Part shown: piece by piece, positions 23,364 through 32,000 of the stretch
Position numbering within the stretch: the first letter of the stretch is position 1
How the letters are laid out: every line of letters starts with the position of its first letter
Assembly (NCBI RefSeq): GCF_000009045.1
Contig: NC_000964.3
Coordinates: 3,030,001-3,062,000, forward strand
DNA length: 32,000 nucleotides
Source of the DNA: Bacillus subtilis subsp. subtilis str. 168
Lineage (GTDB): Bacteria > Bacillota > Bacilli > Bacillales > Bacillaceae
Direction: 5' to 3'
Translations under genes and position numbers: made by a program
Notes under the pieces: model-generated
What the model saw: only the letters and a program-made list of their open reading frames with translations
Told to the model about the DNA's origin: nothing
Databases searched by the model: none

Positions 23364-24173
23364 CTAATCCTTTTTCGGACGGCTTTTCGCCAGGATAAAC
23401 ACCGGTTCCAGCTTTCCTTCATTGTACAAAAATGATAGGGCGGTAATCGGGACGGTGCCGCCTGCAAAGAAGCTCATCGACATTTGTCCTAGAATATCAT
23501 ACCCCGATTCATTCCGGATGTCAGCAAGAATCAAAACGTCCTGATGAGGAACAGAGATCGCCAGCTCACCTTCTGCATGCTGCTTATACTCATTTAAGAT
23601 CGCTTCGTTCAAAATCCGGCTTGCGTCGTATCCGTCGTTTGCCCTGAAGAAATAAAAGTAATTGCCGGCAACCGTATCCTCTTTGACAACCGTCGGCAGG
23701 GAACGGAGATTAAATGCGGCCGTCTCTCTGATCCGCTCTTTTGTCCAGTTTTCTTTCTCAAGCATGCGCTGGTCAATTAAACGGTAGGTTTTCCCGAGAT
23801 CTAGCGCGTAATAAATTCTTGTCTCTGCGGTATGATCGTCATAAATGAGCGGGATATCTTCGCTGGACTTGTCCGGGAAGGAAGTCGAGCGGATGACCGG
23901 ATAAATGCGAGTTTCTTTCCCGGTCATTTCCTGAGCCTTCCCTTCCATTGCCGTCATCGCTTCGGAGACATAGTACACGATCTCATCAATGGCTTCGTCT
24001 TTTTTCAGTTCCCATTTTGCAATAATCGGCGGCAAATCGAGTGTAATCCCTTTTTTAGTCGTTTGATCCTCAACACGGAGGGTGTCTTTTTCTCTGTCAA
24101 ACAGAAAGGAGCGATTCTCGTGCTGAAGGCGCTGCTTCAGTATATCTGACAGCTTCCTTGAGGTCATTTTCAA
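23364..24173 (-). CDS. ytpQ: YtpQ, DUF1444 family protein of unknown function
   Basis: Intact 269-aa ORF between ytpR and ytpP on the same strand, matching recalled YtpQ. Confidence 0.9.
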   Translation of the reverse strand: MKMTSRKLSDILKQRLQHENRSFLFDREKDTLRVEDQTTKKGITLDLPPIIAKWELKKDEAIDEIVYYVSEAMTAMEGKAQEMTGKETRIYPVIRSTSFPDKSSEDIPLIYDDHTAETRIYYALDLGKTYRLIDQRMLEKENWTKERIRETAAFNLRSLPTVVKEDTVAGNYFYFFRANDGYDASRILNEAILNEYKQHAEGELAISVPHQDVLILADIRNESGYDILGQMSMSFFAGGTVPITALSFLYNEGKLEPVFILAKSRPKKD

Positions 24174-24187
24174 ACCGATGTCCTCCT

Positions 24188-24511
24188 TTACGCTTTAGCG
24201 AGAGAGTCTGTTAAAAACTGTTCAATTTCTTCTTTTGTTTTGCGGTCTTTGCTCACAAAACGATTTACTTCTTTTCCTTCATTAAACACCACAAAGCTTG
24301 GGATTCCGTAAATTTCCCACTCTGCACATGTATCAATGAATTTGTCACGGTCTACGTAGTAGTAGGTGAATTCAGGGAAATTCGCTTCCAGTTCAGGCAG
24401 GAAAGGCTCTACAAAACGGCAATCCGGGCACCAATCGGCCGAAAACATAAATACAGACCAATCATCCTTTACCGCTTTTTCCAGCTCTTGAGTTGATTCA
24501 ATTTTTTTCAT
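24188..24511 (-). CDS. ytpP: YtpP, thioredoxin-like protein
   Basis: [23 protein letters not shown]...GIPSFVVF: CPDC active site plus cis-Pro. Confidence 0.94.
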
Positions 24512-24745
24512 TTCATATCCCTCCAGTTGTTTATGTTCTTACATGTTTTTTATCGATACTCGTCCATTTGGATCATACCAAACTGCTTGAGGCAAAACCA
24601 CTTATATGCAACGAATGAATATGTAAGATTGGCTTTCCCATTATCATTATCATATTTTATTTGCATTATCAAGCTCGTTTCGTTTAACATCGTGTACATG
24701 AGGGTGAAATTTACAGATGGATATACATAAGGAGGGATTTTTATT

Positions 24746-25192
24746 ATGGAGTTTATCGTCTATTTAGCAGGAGAAATCCACAGCAATTGGCGCGAGGAAA
24801 TTAAAGAAAAAACAAAATCACTGAAGCTCCCGATTACGTTTGTTGGCCCGATGGAGAATCATGACCGCTCAGACAATATTGGTGAAGAAATTATGGGCGT
24901 ACAGCCAAATGCCGTTTTAAAGGATGACAAAGCCTCTGACATCAACAACTTCAGAACCGCCGTCCTGATGAATAAAGCAGACTTTGTGATCGCCCTGTTT
25001 GGCGAAAAGTACAAACAGTGGAACACGGCAATGGATGCATCATATGCGATCGCAAAAGGAAAACCCCTGATTATCATCCGGCCGGAATCGCTCCACCATC
25101 CTTTAAAAGAGCTTTCCAATAAAGCGAATATTACGGTTGAAACCGTTAACCAAGCCATTAAGGCCCTTTCCTATCTATTTGAAACAGAATAA
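24746..25192 (+). CDS. ytoQ: YtoQ, nucleoside 2-deoxyribosyltransferase-like family protein
   Basis: MEFIVYLAGEIHSNWREEI...ADFVIALFGEKYKQWNTAMDASYAIAKGKPLIII, a Rossmann-like NDRT fold pattern. Confidence 0.9.
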   Translation: MEFIVYLAGEIHSNWREEIKEKTKSLKLPITFVGPMENHDRSDNIGEEIMGVQPNAVLKDDKASDINNFRTAVLMNKADFVIALFGEKYKQWNTAMDASYAIAKGKPLIIIRPESLHHPLKELSNKANITVETVNQAIKALSYLFETE

Positions 25193-25194
25193 GA

Positions 25195-25239
25195 AAAAAG
25201 CTTGTCGATCCGGGCTTACTGCTCGTTCAACAAGCTTTT
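25195..25239 (+). terminator. Possible terminator downstream of ytoQ
   Basis: AAAAAGCTTGT ... ACAAGCTTTT, inverted repeat with a long GC-rich loop in the convergent ytoQ/ytoP gap. Confidence 0.6.
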
Positions 25240-25246
25240 ATGAAAC

Positions 25247-26320
25247 CTACATATTTTCTTTAATCGCATCCACTGTCTGCTTATCGCAGGCTGTTACAAG
25301 TTTGATGAGCATTTCTTTAGCAGCAGCATAATCATCAATATGAATGATAGTAGCGTTTGTATGAATATAGCGGGAACATATTCCGATAACCGCTGACGGC
25401 ACACCGCTGTTCGAAATATGAACCTTGCCTGCGTCTGTTCCCCCGCCGGATACAAAATATTGATATGGAATATCATGCGTTTCAGCCATATCAAGAACGA
25501 ATTCCCTCATTCCGCGATGCATGACTGTCGTTCTGTCAAGAATGCGCAGCAAAAAGCCTTTTCCAAGCTGGCCGAATTCATTTTTGTCTCCGCTCATATC
25601 GTTTGCCGGGCTGGCGTCAAGGGCGAAAAACAAGTCCGGTTTAATCATATGAGAAGCCGTCTGCGCGCCCCTTAGCCCTACTTCTTCCTGAACCGTTGCA
25701 CCCGCATAGAGTGTATTCGGAAGCTCTTTACCGTGTAATTCCTTCAGAAGTTCAATGCTTAAGCCGCATCCATATCTGTTATCCCATGCTTTTGATAAAA
25801 TTTTCTTTTCATTCGCCATCGTCGTAAACGGACAAACAGGCACGATCTGCTGTCCCGGTCTAATGCCGATTTTGATGGCGTCTTCCTTATCATCCGCTCC
25901 AATGTCGATCATCATGTTTTTGATATCCATCGGTCGGTTTCGCTGCGCATCTGTCAATAAATGCGGCGGTATGCTTGAAATCACACCCGGAACCGGCCCG
26001 TTATCTGTTTGAATTTCAACCCGCTGCGCAAGCAAAACTTGGCTCCACCAGCCTCCGAGCGTCTGGAATCTGAGCAGCCCGTTGTCTGTAATGGATGTCA
26101 CCATGAAGCCGACTTCGTCCATGTGCCCGGCTACCATAATTCTCGGTGCGTCCTCTGCGCCTCGTCTGACTCCGAAAACACTTCCCAGTCTGTCCTGAAC
26201 GATGTCATCTGCATATTTGGCTAGCTCCTGCTTCATAAAAGCACGAACCTGATGCTCATTGCCCGGCGCGCCGGGAAGCTGCGTCAGTGTTTGGAAAAGC
26301 GCTTTCGTTTCTTGATTCAT
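25247..26320 (-). CDS. ytoP: YtoP, M42-family (glutamyl aminopeptidase/cellulase M-like) metallopeptidase
   Basis: [34 protein letters not shown] and SGGGTDAG are M42 metal-ligand motifs. Confidence 0.95.
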
Positions 26321-26478
26321 GTTTTCCCCTCATTTCTATGTAGTCCTTTTATTTTATTAGAAACAATGAAGTTTTCCAAGCACTCTGACCCAATCTGCTC
26401 GATCAGCCGCGTATTGCTTAACAGGATTTGGCTGTTTCTGTATAATGAAAAGTACGATCAACCAGGAGGTGCTTTATT

Positions 26479-26796
26479 TTGAAATTGCGTCATCTTCTTT
26501 TAGGAGCAGGACTTGGAATTTGTACGGCTGTCGTTGTGAGACAATATGTGATGAAGCCTTATATTTCTTCAGAAAAAGCGCTTCGAATTGTAAAATCTGC
26601 TTTTAAGCAGCGGGGCCCGATTGACGGATCATGGATTTACACCCAGCCGGAGCCCTACAATATTAACGGAGAAACGGTACAGGTATACAAAACCGGCATT
26701 ACACGATCAGCTTTCGGAGAATTAGAACAGTATGAAGTCATGGTGGATGCGAAAACGGGAGAAATTGTTGATGTCATTGATACAATCGCCTCTTAA
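26479..26796 (+). CDS. ytzB: YtzB, small membrane-associated PepSY-domain protein
   Basis: N-terminal signal/TM (RHLLLGAGLGICTAVVVRQYV) and a PepSY-like tail GELEQYEVMVDAKTGEIVDVIDT. Confidence 0.88.
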   Translation: MKLRHLLLGAGLGICTAVVVRQYVMKPYISSEKALRIVKSAFKQRGPIDGSWIYTQPEPYNINGETVQVYKTGITRSAFGELEQYEVMVDAKTGEIVDVIDTIAS

Positions 26797-26818
26797 CACC
26801 GGACAAGCAAAAAATAGA

Positions 26819-26847
26819 AGCCGCTGCCTATGCAGCGGCTCTTTTTT
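26819..26847. terminator. Terminator between convergent ytzB and malS
   Basis: AGCCGCTGC-CTAT-GCAGCGGCTCTTTTTT, with an A-rich 5' flank. Confidence 0.9.
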
Positions 26848-26848
26848 A

Positions 26849-28549
26849 TTATATCGCGCGAATCGGTTTGTATACCGGATACCACATCGCATCCTGCACT
26901 GCCTGTATAATGTCTTCAGGCTCTTCCGTAGCGACGCCTTCCTTCATTGCGGTTTTTGCAACTTCAACAGCAACGGTTGCCGAAACAGTGCGCAAATCTT
27001 CAACTTTTGGAAGCATCGGCGCCCCAGGCACCCCGACATTGACCATACCTGCGATTGCCCGGGCACATGCTTCAAACATGCCGTCGGTAATTAATTTTGA
27101 TTTTGTAACAATCGTTCCAAGACCGAGACCAGGGAAGACAAGCGCGTTGTTTGCCTGCCCGATATGATACGTAACTCCGTTATATTCAACTGGCGGGAAC
27201 GGGCTTCCTGTCGTGATCAGCGCACGGCCTTCTGTCCATTCGATTAAATCCTCCGGCTTTGCTTCAGAAAGAGTTGTCGGATTTGACATTGGCAAAATCG
27301 CCGGCCGTTTCACATGTGACGCCATTTCTTTTACAATTTCTTCAGTGAAAGCGCCGGAAACCGTAGATGTGCCGATCAGGATCGTCGGTTTCGCCTGCCG
27401 AACCACTTCAAGAAGATCAATGCCTCCGCCGTCTCCGTTCCGCTGATAATCCTTCACTTCATCAGCCGAACGGGCATACGGCTTTTGGAAATCAAGAAGC
27501 TGATCCATATCATCTGTTAACAGCCCGTTCCTGTCTATGCACCAGAAGCGCTTGTATGATTCTTCTTCACTCAGTCCCTCGCGCACCAATGCTTCCCGCA
27601 GCTGTTCGGCAATTCCGATTCCTGCCGTTCCCGCTCCGAATATAACAACTCTGTGATCTCTCAGCGGAACTTTAGACGCTTTTGCACAGGATAAGACTGC
27701 GGCCAAAGAAACAGCGCCAGTTCCTTGGATATCATCATTGAAGGTACACACTTTATCTTTATAGCGTTTCAAAATGCTTCGCGCGTTTTTCGCCCCGAAA
27801 TCCTCCCAATGCAGCAATGCATTCGGAAATGTTTCTCTCGCCAGCGCAACGTAGTCGTCAATAAATTGGTCATAACGTTCCCCGCGCACTCTGGAATGCT
27901 GGTTGCCGACATAAAGCGGGTCGTTCAAGAGGCTCTCCTGATTTGTCCCCGCATCTAAAACAACAGCCAGCACTCTGCTCGGATCAATGCCCGCAGCCGC
28001 TGTATAAACCGCCAGCTTGCCAATAGAAATTGCGATTCCTCCGACGCCCCAGTCACCGATTCCTAAAATTCCTTCCGCATCAGTTGCAACAATTAAATCG
28101 ATCGTATCGCTTTGATCTTTATACTGTTTAAAAGCTTCTTTCATACCGTCCGGGTCATCGATTGACAGATAGAGCCCTCGTGGTTTTCTGTATTCATGGC
28201 TGTATCTCTGAATTGCCGTTCCGACTGTCGGTGTGTAGACAATCGGGAGCATTTCCCCTAAATGGTCATTTAACAGGCGGTAAAACAGCGTTTCATTCCG
28301 ATCGTGCAGCGCCGTTAAATAGACATTTTTGCTCAAATCGTCAGGCTGTGCGGAATATTGTTCATACGCTCTTTTCGCCTGATCATCAATTGTTAATACC
28401 TTGGGCGGCAGAAAGCCTTTTAAACCAAGTTCTTTTCTTTCTTCCTCAGTAAAAGCAACACCTTTGTTCAAAAAAGGAACAGAGAGCACTTCAAGGCCTC
28501 TTAATGTTGTTTGAATGTCTCCTTCGTTTGTTACTCTGAATTGTTTCAC
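26849..28549 (-). CDS. malS: NAD-dependent malic enzyme MalS
   Basis: [29 protein letters not shown] and [17 protein letters not shown] are malic enzyme signatures. Confidence 0.96.
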   Translation of the reverse strand: MKQFRVTNEGDIQTTLRGLEVLSVPFLNKGVAFTEEERKELGLKGFLPPKVLTIDDQAKRAYEQYSAQPDDLSKNVYLTALHDRNETLFYRLLNDHLGEMLPIVYTPTVGTAIQRYSHEYRKPRGLYLSIDDPDGMKEAFKQYKDQSDTIDLIVATDAEGILGIGDWGVGGIAISIGKLAVYTAAAGIDPSRVLAVVLDAGTNQESLLNDPLYVGNQHSRVRGERYDQFIDDYVALARETFPNALLHWEDFGAKNARSILKRYKDKVCTFNDDIQGTGAVSLAAVLSCAKASKVPLRDHRVVIFGAGTAGIGIAEQLREALVREGLSEEESYKRFWCIDRNGLLTDDMDQLLDFQKPYARSADEVKDYQRNGDGGGIDLLEVVRQAKPTILIGTSTVSGAFTEEIVKEMASHVKRPAILPMSNPTTLSEAKPEDLIEWTEGRALITTGSPFPPVEYNGVTYHIGQANNALVFPGLGLGTIVTKSKLITDGMFEACARAIAGMVNVGVPGAPMLPKVEDLRTVSATVAVEVAKTAMKEGVATEEPEDIIQAVQDAMWYPVYKPIRAI

Positions 28550-28630
28550 CCTGCCTCTTCCTTTCTGAGCATAATAGTACTAGGTTTGCATTATTAGCCG
28601 GAAAACATGCAGGGTAAACATAAAAATATG

Positions 28631-29482
28631 CTATCGCTTCATTCGCTTAACTGACTTTTTGATGCTTCCGTCCTCCTCCCATTGAAGGGCGCGATACTCG
28701 GCATCATGGTAAAAAATAAACCAAGCATCTTTTTCTGCTGCGAACGCCTGCCATTTCTGCTTTTGCGGGATAGAGGTCATCGGATAATCATCGTAAGCCA
28801 GCACCCATAGCGGATTGCGGTGGGCATGTGTCGGCATCAGATCTGCCATATGTACGGCAGTTTCACCCGCATCCTCGCATATCAGGACACTGTGTCCGTC
28901 GCTATGGCCTCCGGTGTGATGCATTGTAATACCCTCTGTGATCGTTAAGGTGTCTTCAAAGGTTTTGACTTGGCCAGCTACAGCCTCCCAATTTTCTTTC
29001 CAATACGTATTTTTCGACCTGATATTCGGATGGCGCATTTCGTCCCATTCAACAGCTGATGTATAAATCACTGCATTCGGAAAGACAGAGACGAGCCGTT
29101 CACCTTCATATTCCGTTAAACCGCATGCATGATCAAAATGAAGGTGTGTCATTGCGATCACATCTATATCGGCAACCGTTAATCCGAGTGCAGCTAATGA
29201 GGGTTTCACATTCGACTCTTGTGTCACGCCATAGTTTCGTTTTTGTTTATCAGTCAGCTTGCCGTACCCAATTCCGGCGTCAATGATGATATTGAGCCCA
29301 TCCTTTTGAATCAAAATAGGGTCTGTTCTTAGTTCAATCTGGTTTTTTTCATTGACTGGATATTTTTTAGACCAAAGCGGCTTTGGCACAACGCCGAACA
29401 TGGCGCCTCCGTCCATATGCGTCACGCCTCCGTCAAGCCAGGTCAACGTGATGTTTCCAATTTTCATTGTTTCCATTTTCAC
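28631..29482 (-). CDS. ytnP: YtnP, metallo-beta-lactamase-fold hydrolase (putative lactonase)
   Basis: [15 protein letters not shown] (HxHxDH) and [13 protein letters not shown]. Confidence 0.94.
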
Positions 29483-29513
29483 CCCCCCCTATCATCATGG
29501 TAGCAAACGGCCC

Positions 29514-29544
29514 ATAAAAAAAACAGACTCCTGTCAGAGTCTGT
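29514..29544 (-). terminator. Terminator downstream of trmB
   Basis: aaaaaaaACAGACTC-CTGTCA-GAGTCTGT; the U-tract is on the reverse strand. Confidence 0.85.
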
Positions 29545-29546
29545 CT

Positions 29547-30188
29547 TTACGTTCTCCATTCAACCTCAGCCCGATAGATCGGCTGGCCGAGTGCAGAGAA
29601 TTTTTCTTCATATTCTGTCATAATATTGCCTTCCAGATTGCTGTTATGCAAATCGAGACTGACGTATGTCAGCAGGAGGCCGTACTCAGAGAAGCTCTTC
29701 AAAGAGTACTCAAATAAACCTCGGTTGTCCGTTTTAAAATGAATCGATCCGCCTTTGCCCATTACTTCTTCATATTTTTTGAGGAAGTGGGAATATGTCA
29801 GGCGGCGTTTTTCATGCCGTTTCTTCGGCCAAGGATCAGAAAAGTTCAAGTAGACCCGTTTCACTTCCCCCGGCTCAAACACATCCGTCAGCGTGTCCGC
29901 ATCTATATTCAGAAGCTTTACATTCTGCGCTTCGCTGTCTTTTACTTTTTGGACGGCTGTCACGATGACGCTTTTAAATAACTCAATACCAATATAATTG
30001 ATGTCGGGATTTTGTTTGGCCATACCAGAAATAAATTGGCCTTTTCCTGTACCAACCTCGATATGGATCGGATTGTCGTTGCCAAACACTGTGTTCCATT
30101 TCCCTTTATAATCAGCAGGATTGCTGATGGCAATATCTGCGTTTTCAGCCAAAAAGTCATCAGCCCAAGGCTTGTGGCGCATTCTCAT
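29547..30188 (-). CDS. trmB: tRNA (guanine-N7-)-methyltransferase
   Basis: [21 protein letters not shown]...[31 protein letters not shown]...[20 protein letters not shown]. The start is moved to 30188, giving 213 aa. Confidence 0.97.
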   Translation of the reverse strand: MRMRHKPWADDFLAENADIAISNPADYKGKWNTVFGNDNPIHIEVGTGKGQFISGMAKQNPDINYIGIELFKSVIVTAVQKVKDSEAQNVKLLNIDADTLTDVFEPGEVKRVYLNFSDPWPKKRHEKRRLTYSHFLKKYEEVMGKGGSIHFKTDNRGLFEYSLKSFSEYGLLLTYVSLDLHNSNLEGNIMTEYEEKFSALGQPIYRAEVEWRT

Positions 30189-30394
30189 ATGATTGACACC
30201 TCTATCTATTATTTCGACTAACAACATACCATGAATTAAAAAGACCCGCAAGCTCGTTTTTCCAGTGTATCTCTCTTAAGGCCGAGCGCATAAAAAAAGA
30301 GGGTCCCGTCTGCTGGAACACTCCTTTCCCATGTATAAAAACGCTCTGTTTTGAACAATTTAACCCGTATGATACTGAAGGGATGTGTACCGTT

Positions 30395-30673
30395 ATGGGT
30401 TTACATTATGAGCATCAAGTTCATTTATTGAAGGATATATTGACTGACCATCAATTGGACTGCTGCGGAACAGTCGCAGAGTACGAGCAGCTTGAGCGTG
30501 TGATTAAATCACTGATGGCAAACACCGAGCTTGATTCAAATTTCAAAAACGTGCTTGAAGATGTTTACCGCTACAGCCAATCAGGAATATCGTCCAAATC
30601 CATCGACTCACACATACAAGAGCATCAGAACAGCCTGTCTCAATGGGTAGAGCAAATGGATTCGTATTCCTGA
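30395..30673 (+). CDS. ytzH: YtzH-like conserved small protein
   Basis: MGLHYEHQVHLLKDILTDHQLDCCGTVAEYEQLERVIKSLM..., 92 aa, with the start at the internal ATG. Confidence 0.88.
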   Translation: MGLHYEHQVHLLKDILTDHQLDCCGTVAEYEQLERVIKSLMANTELDSNFKNVLEDVYRYSQSGISSKSIDSHIQEHQNSLSQWVEQMDSYS

Positions 30674-31483
30674 TTAATCAACAATTCGTTTCATGAGGAT
30701 ATGCAGCTCTTCCATTGCATCATGAAATTCCTTATCATTGCCTTTTGCTTTATGCCAGGCAATGAAAGTAATTGTTTCAGATAACACATACCAAGCCATT
30801 CGCAACCGAAGGCTTTCTGTCAGCTCTATGCCGTACATGCTCAGCCAGCTCTCCCAAGCTGGCTTTTCGACGTAGTGGTACAGCAAAGGCCCGAGGTCCA
30901 TCGCCGGATCAGCGATCATGGCGCCGTCCCAGTCAATTAAATACAGCTGGTTGTCTTCAGACAATAGCCAGTTATTATGATTGACATCACAATGGCAAAC
31001 GACTTTCTCACCGAAATGCACTTCATGCAGGTGTTCTTCCAAATACTTGATCCCTTCTTGAATCAGCGGCGAAGATTGCTGCACAGCAAATACAGCCTGC
31101 TTCAGCTGAGACAAAAGAGCCCCCGGGTTCAGCGGTTCTTTTCCAAGTCTCTTCAGCATGTCCAGCAAGGCTTTTGATGTGTGTATTTTACGAAGCAATT
31201 CAGCAACGGGCCGTCCGCTCATGTCTTTAGGCTTCAGCTCTCTGCCGGTCATCCAGTGCTGGGCCGTAATGACGTCCCCATTTTCCATCCGTTTTGTCCA
31301 AACCAGCTTCGGAACAATGCCTTCGGCGGATAAAACAGCTAAAAAAGGTGAGCTATTACGTTTTAAAAAAAGCTGCTGCCCGTTATGTTTCGCATAATAT
31401 GCATCTCCTGTAGCTCCTCCGGCGGGGAAGATCTCCCAATCGCTACCTAGTAATTGTCCCAACCAGTTCATATCAATGTTCAA
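30674..31483 (-). CDS. ytmP: YtmP, aminoglycoside phosphotransferase/choline kinase-like protein
   Basis: VVCHCDVNHNNWLLSEDNQLYLIDWDGAMIADPAMDLG: APH-fold HxDxxxxN and IDWD motifs. Confidence 0.93.
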   Translation of the reverse strand: MNIDMNWLGQLLGSDWEIFPAGGATGDAYYAKHNGQQLFLKRNSSPFLAVLSAEGIVPKLVWTKRMENGDVITAQHWMTGRELKPKDMSGRPVAELLRKIHTSKALLDMLKRLGKEPLNPGALLSQLKQAVFAVQQSSPLIQEGIKYLEEHLHEVHFGEKVVCHCDVNHNNWLLSEDNQLYLIDWDGAMIADPAMDLGPLLYHYVEKPAWESWLSMYGIELTESLRLRMAWYVLSETITFIAWHKAKGNDKEFHDAMEELHILMKRIVD

Positions 31484-31650
31484 CCCATCATTTCTTAAAA
31501 TATTTTAGAATTAAGGCTAATCGTTTCTAGTCTATCCAGCGAATGCCTTTTTCGTACGAATCGTATAAAAATAAAAAAGACAGCTATTGAGAGTCTCATA
31601 TGCTAATCAATAGCCGTCCTTTAAATTTTAGCGCTATAGCACAAACTTCG

Positions 31651-32000
31651 TCAAGCAAAACTCTTAAGATCTGATGCTAAATATAAGATAACCGTTCCGA
31701 TGCCGTTTACTGCAACCGTTTTCTTGATTTCTGTTGGGTCTTCCTGAAATCCTGATGGATCACATAAAAGCCGATAAGGTATGTCGTTTGGCAGCCTCCA
31801 CTCGACGGAGTCTGGACTCGCGTGATGGATAACAATGATATCTTTCCATTCGTCAACCTCGTCAAGATCATAAAGCCTGTATGCGATAAGGTGTTCTTTT
31901 AGCGTCAAGCATTCAAGATGGCGCTGGATGTCTGCAGCGGACCTAAGACGGAATGCAGGATGCGCTTTTCTCAGCGAGATCAGCCTGCGGATATAGTGAA
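31651..32000 (-). CDS. amyX: Pullulanase AmyX, C-terminal fragment (runs off the right window edge)
   Basis: The reverse frame stays open past the ORF track start to the window edge: ...HYIRRLISLRRAHPAFRLRSAADIQRHLECLTLKEHLIAYRLYDLDEVDEWKDIIVIHHASP..., a GH13 C-terminal region. The position next to ytmP fits amyX. Confidence 0.9.
   Translation of the reverse strand, partial: HYIRRLISLRKAHPAFRLRSAADIQRHLECLTLKEHLIAYRLYDLDEVDEWKDIIVIHHASPDSVEWRLPNDIPYRLLCDPSGFQEDPTEIKKTVAVNGIGTVILYLASDLKSFA

Noticed and set aside
24527-24730. 67-aa ORF in the ytpP-ytoQ intergenic gap
   Set aside because: AT-rich and low complexity (aromatic and Ile rich), with no clear RBS and a likely promoter region for the divergent genes. 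Conservation across strains would be needed to keep it.

Overview
This window is ordinary core chromosome from Bacillus subtilis or a very close relative. I recognised this from protein sequences and gene order; no search was run. Left to right it carries ezrA (partial), hisJ, refZ, ytsP/msrC, dgcP, rpsD, tyrS, acsA, acuABC, motS-motP, ccpA, aroA, ytxJ-ytxH-ytxG, murC, sftA, ytpR-ytpQ-ytpP, ytoQ, ytoP, ytzB, malS, ytnP, trmB, ytzH, ytmP and amyX (partial). I found no mobile element, prophage, CRISPR array, toxin-antitoxin module or defence system, and nothing I would call a new biological system. The most interesting content is regulatory: a tyrosine T-box upstream of tyrS, the rpsD leader, the divergent acsA/acuABC region with two CcpA sites and its AcsA acetylation cassette, the ccpA-motP intergenic stem-loop, a sigma-B promoter for ytxGHJ, and a terminator overlapping the 3' end of motS. 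Protein-level points worth a second look are the repeat-like acidic linker of SftA, the YtoQ active-site region, and the retained I-site in DgcP. The supplied ORF track misses ezrA, truncates amyX and over-extends several starts.
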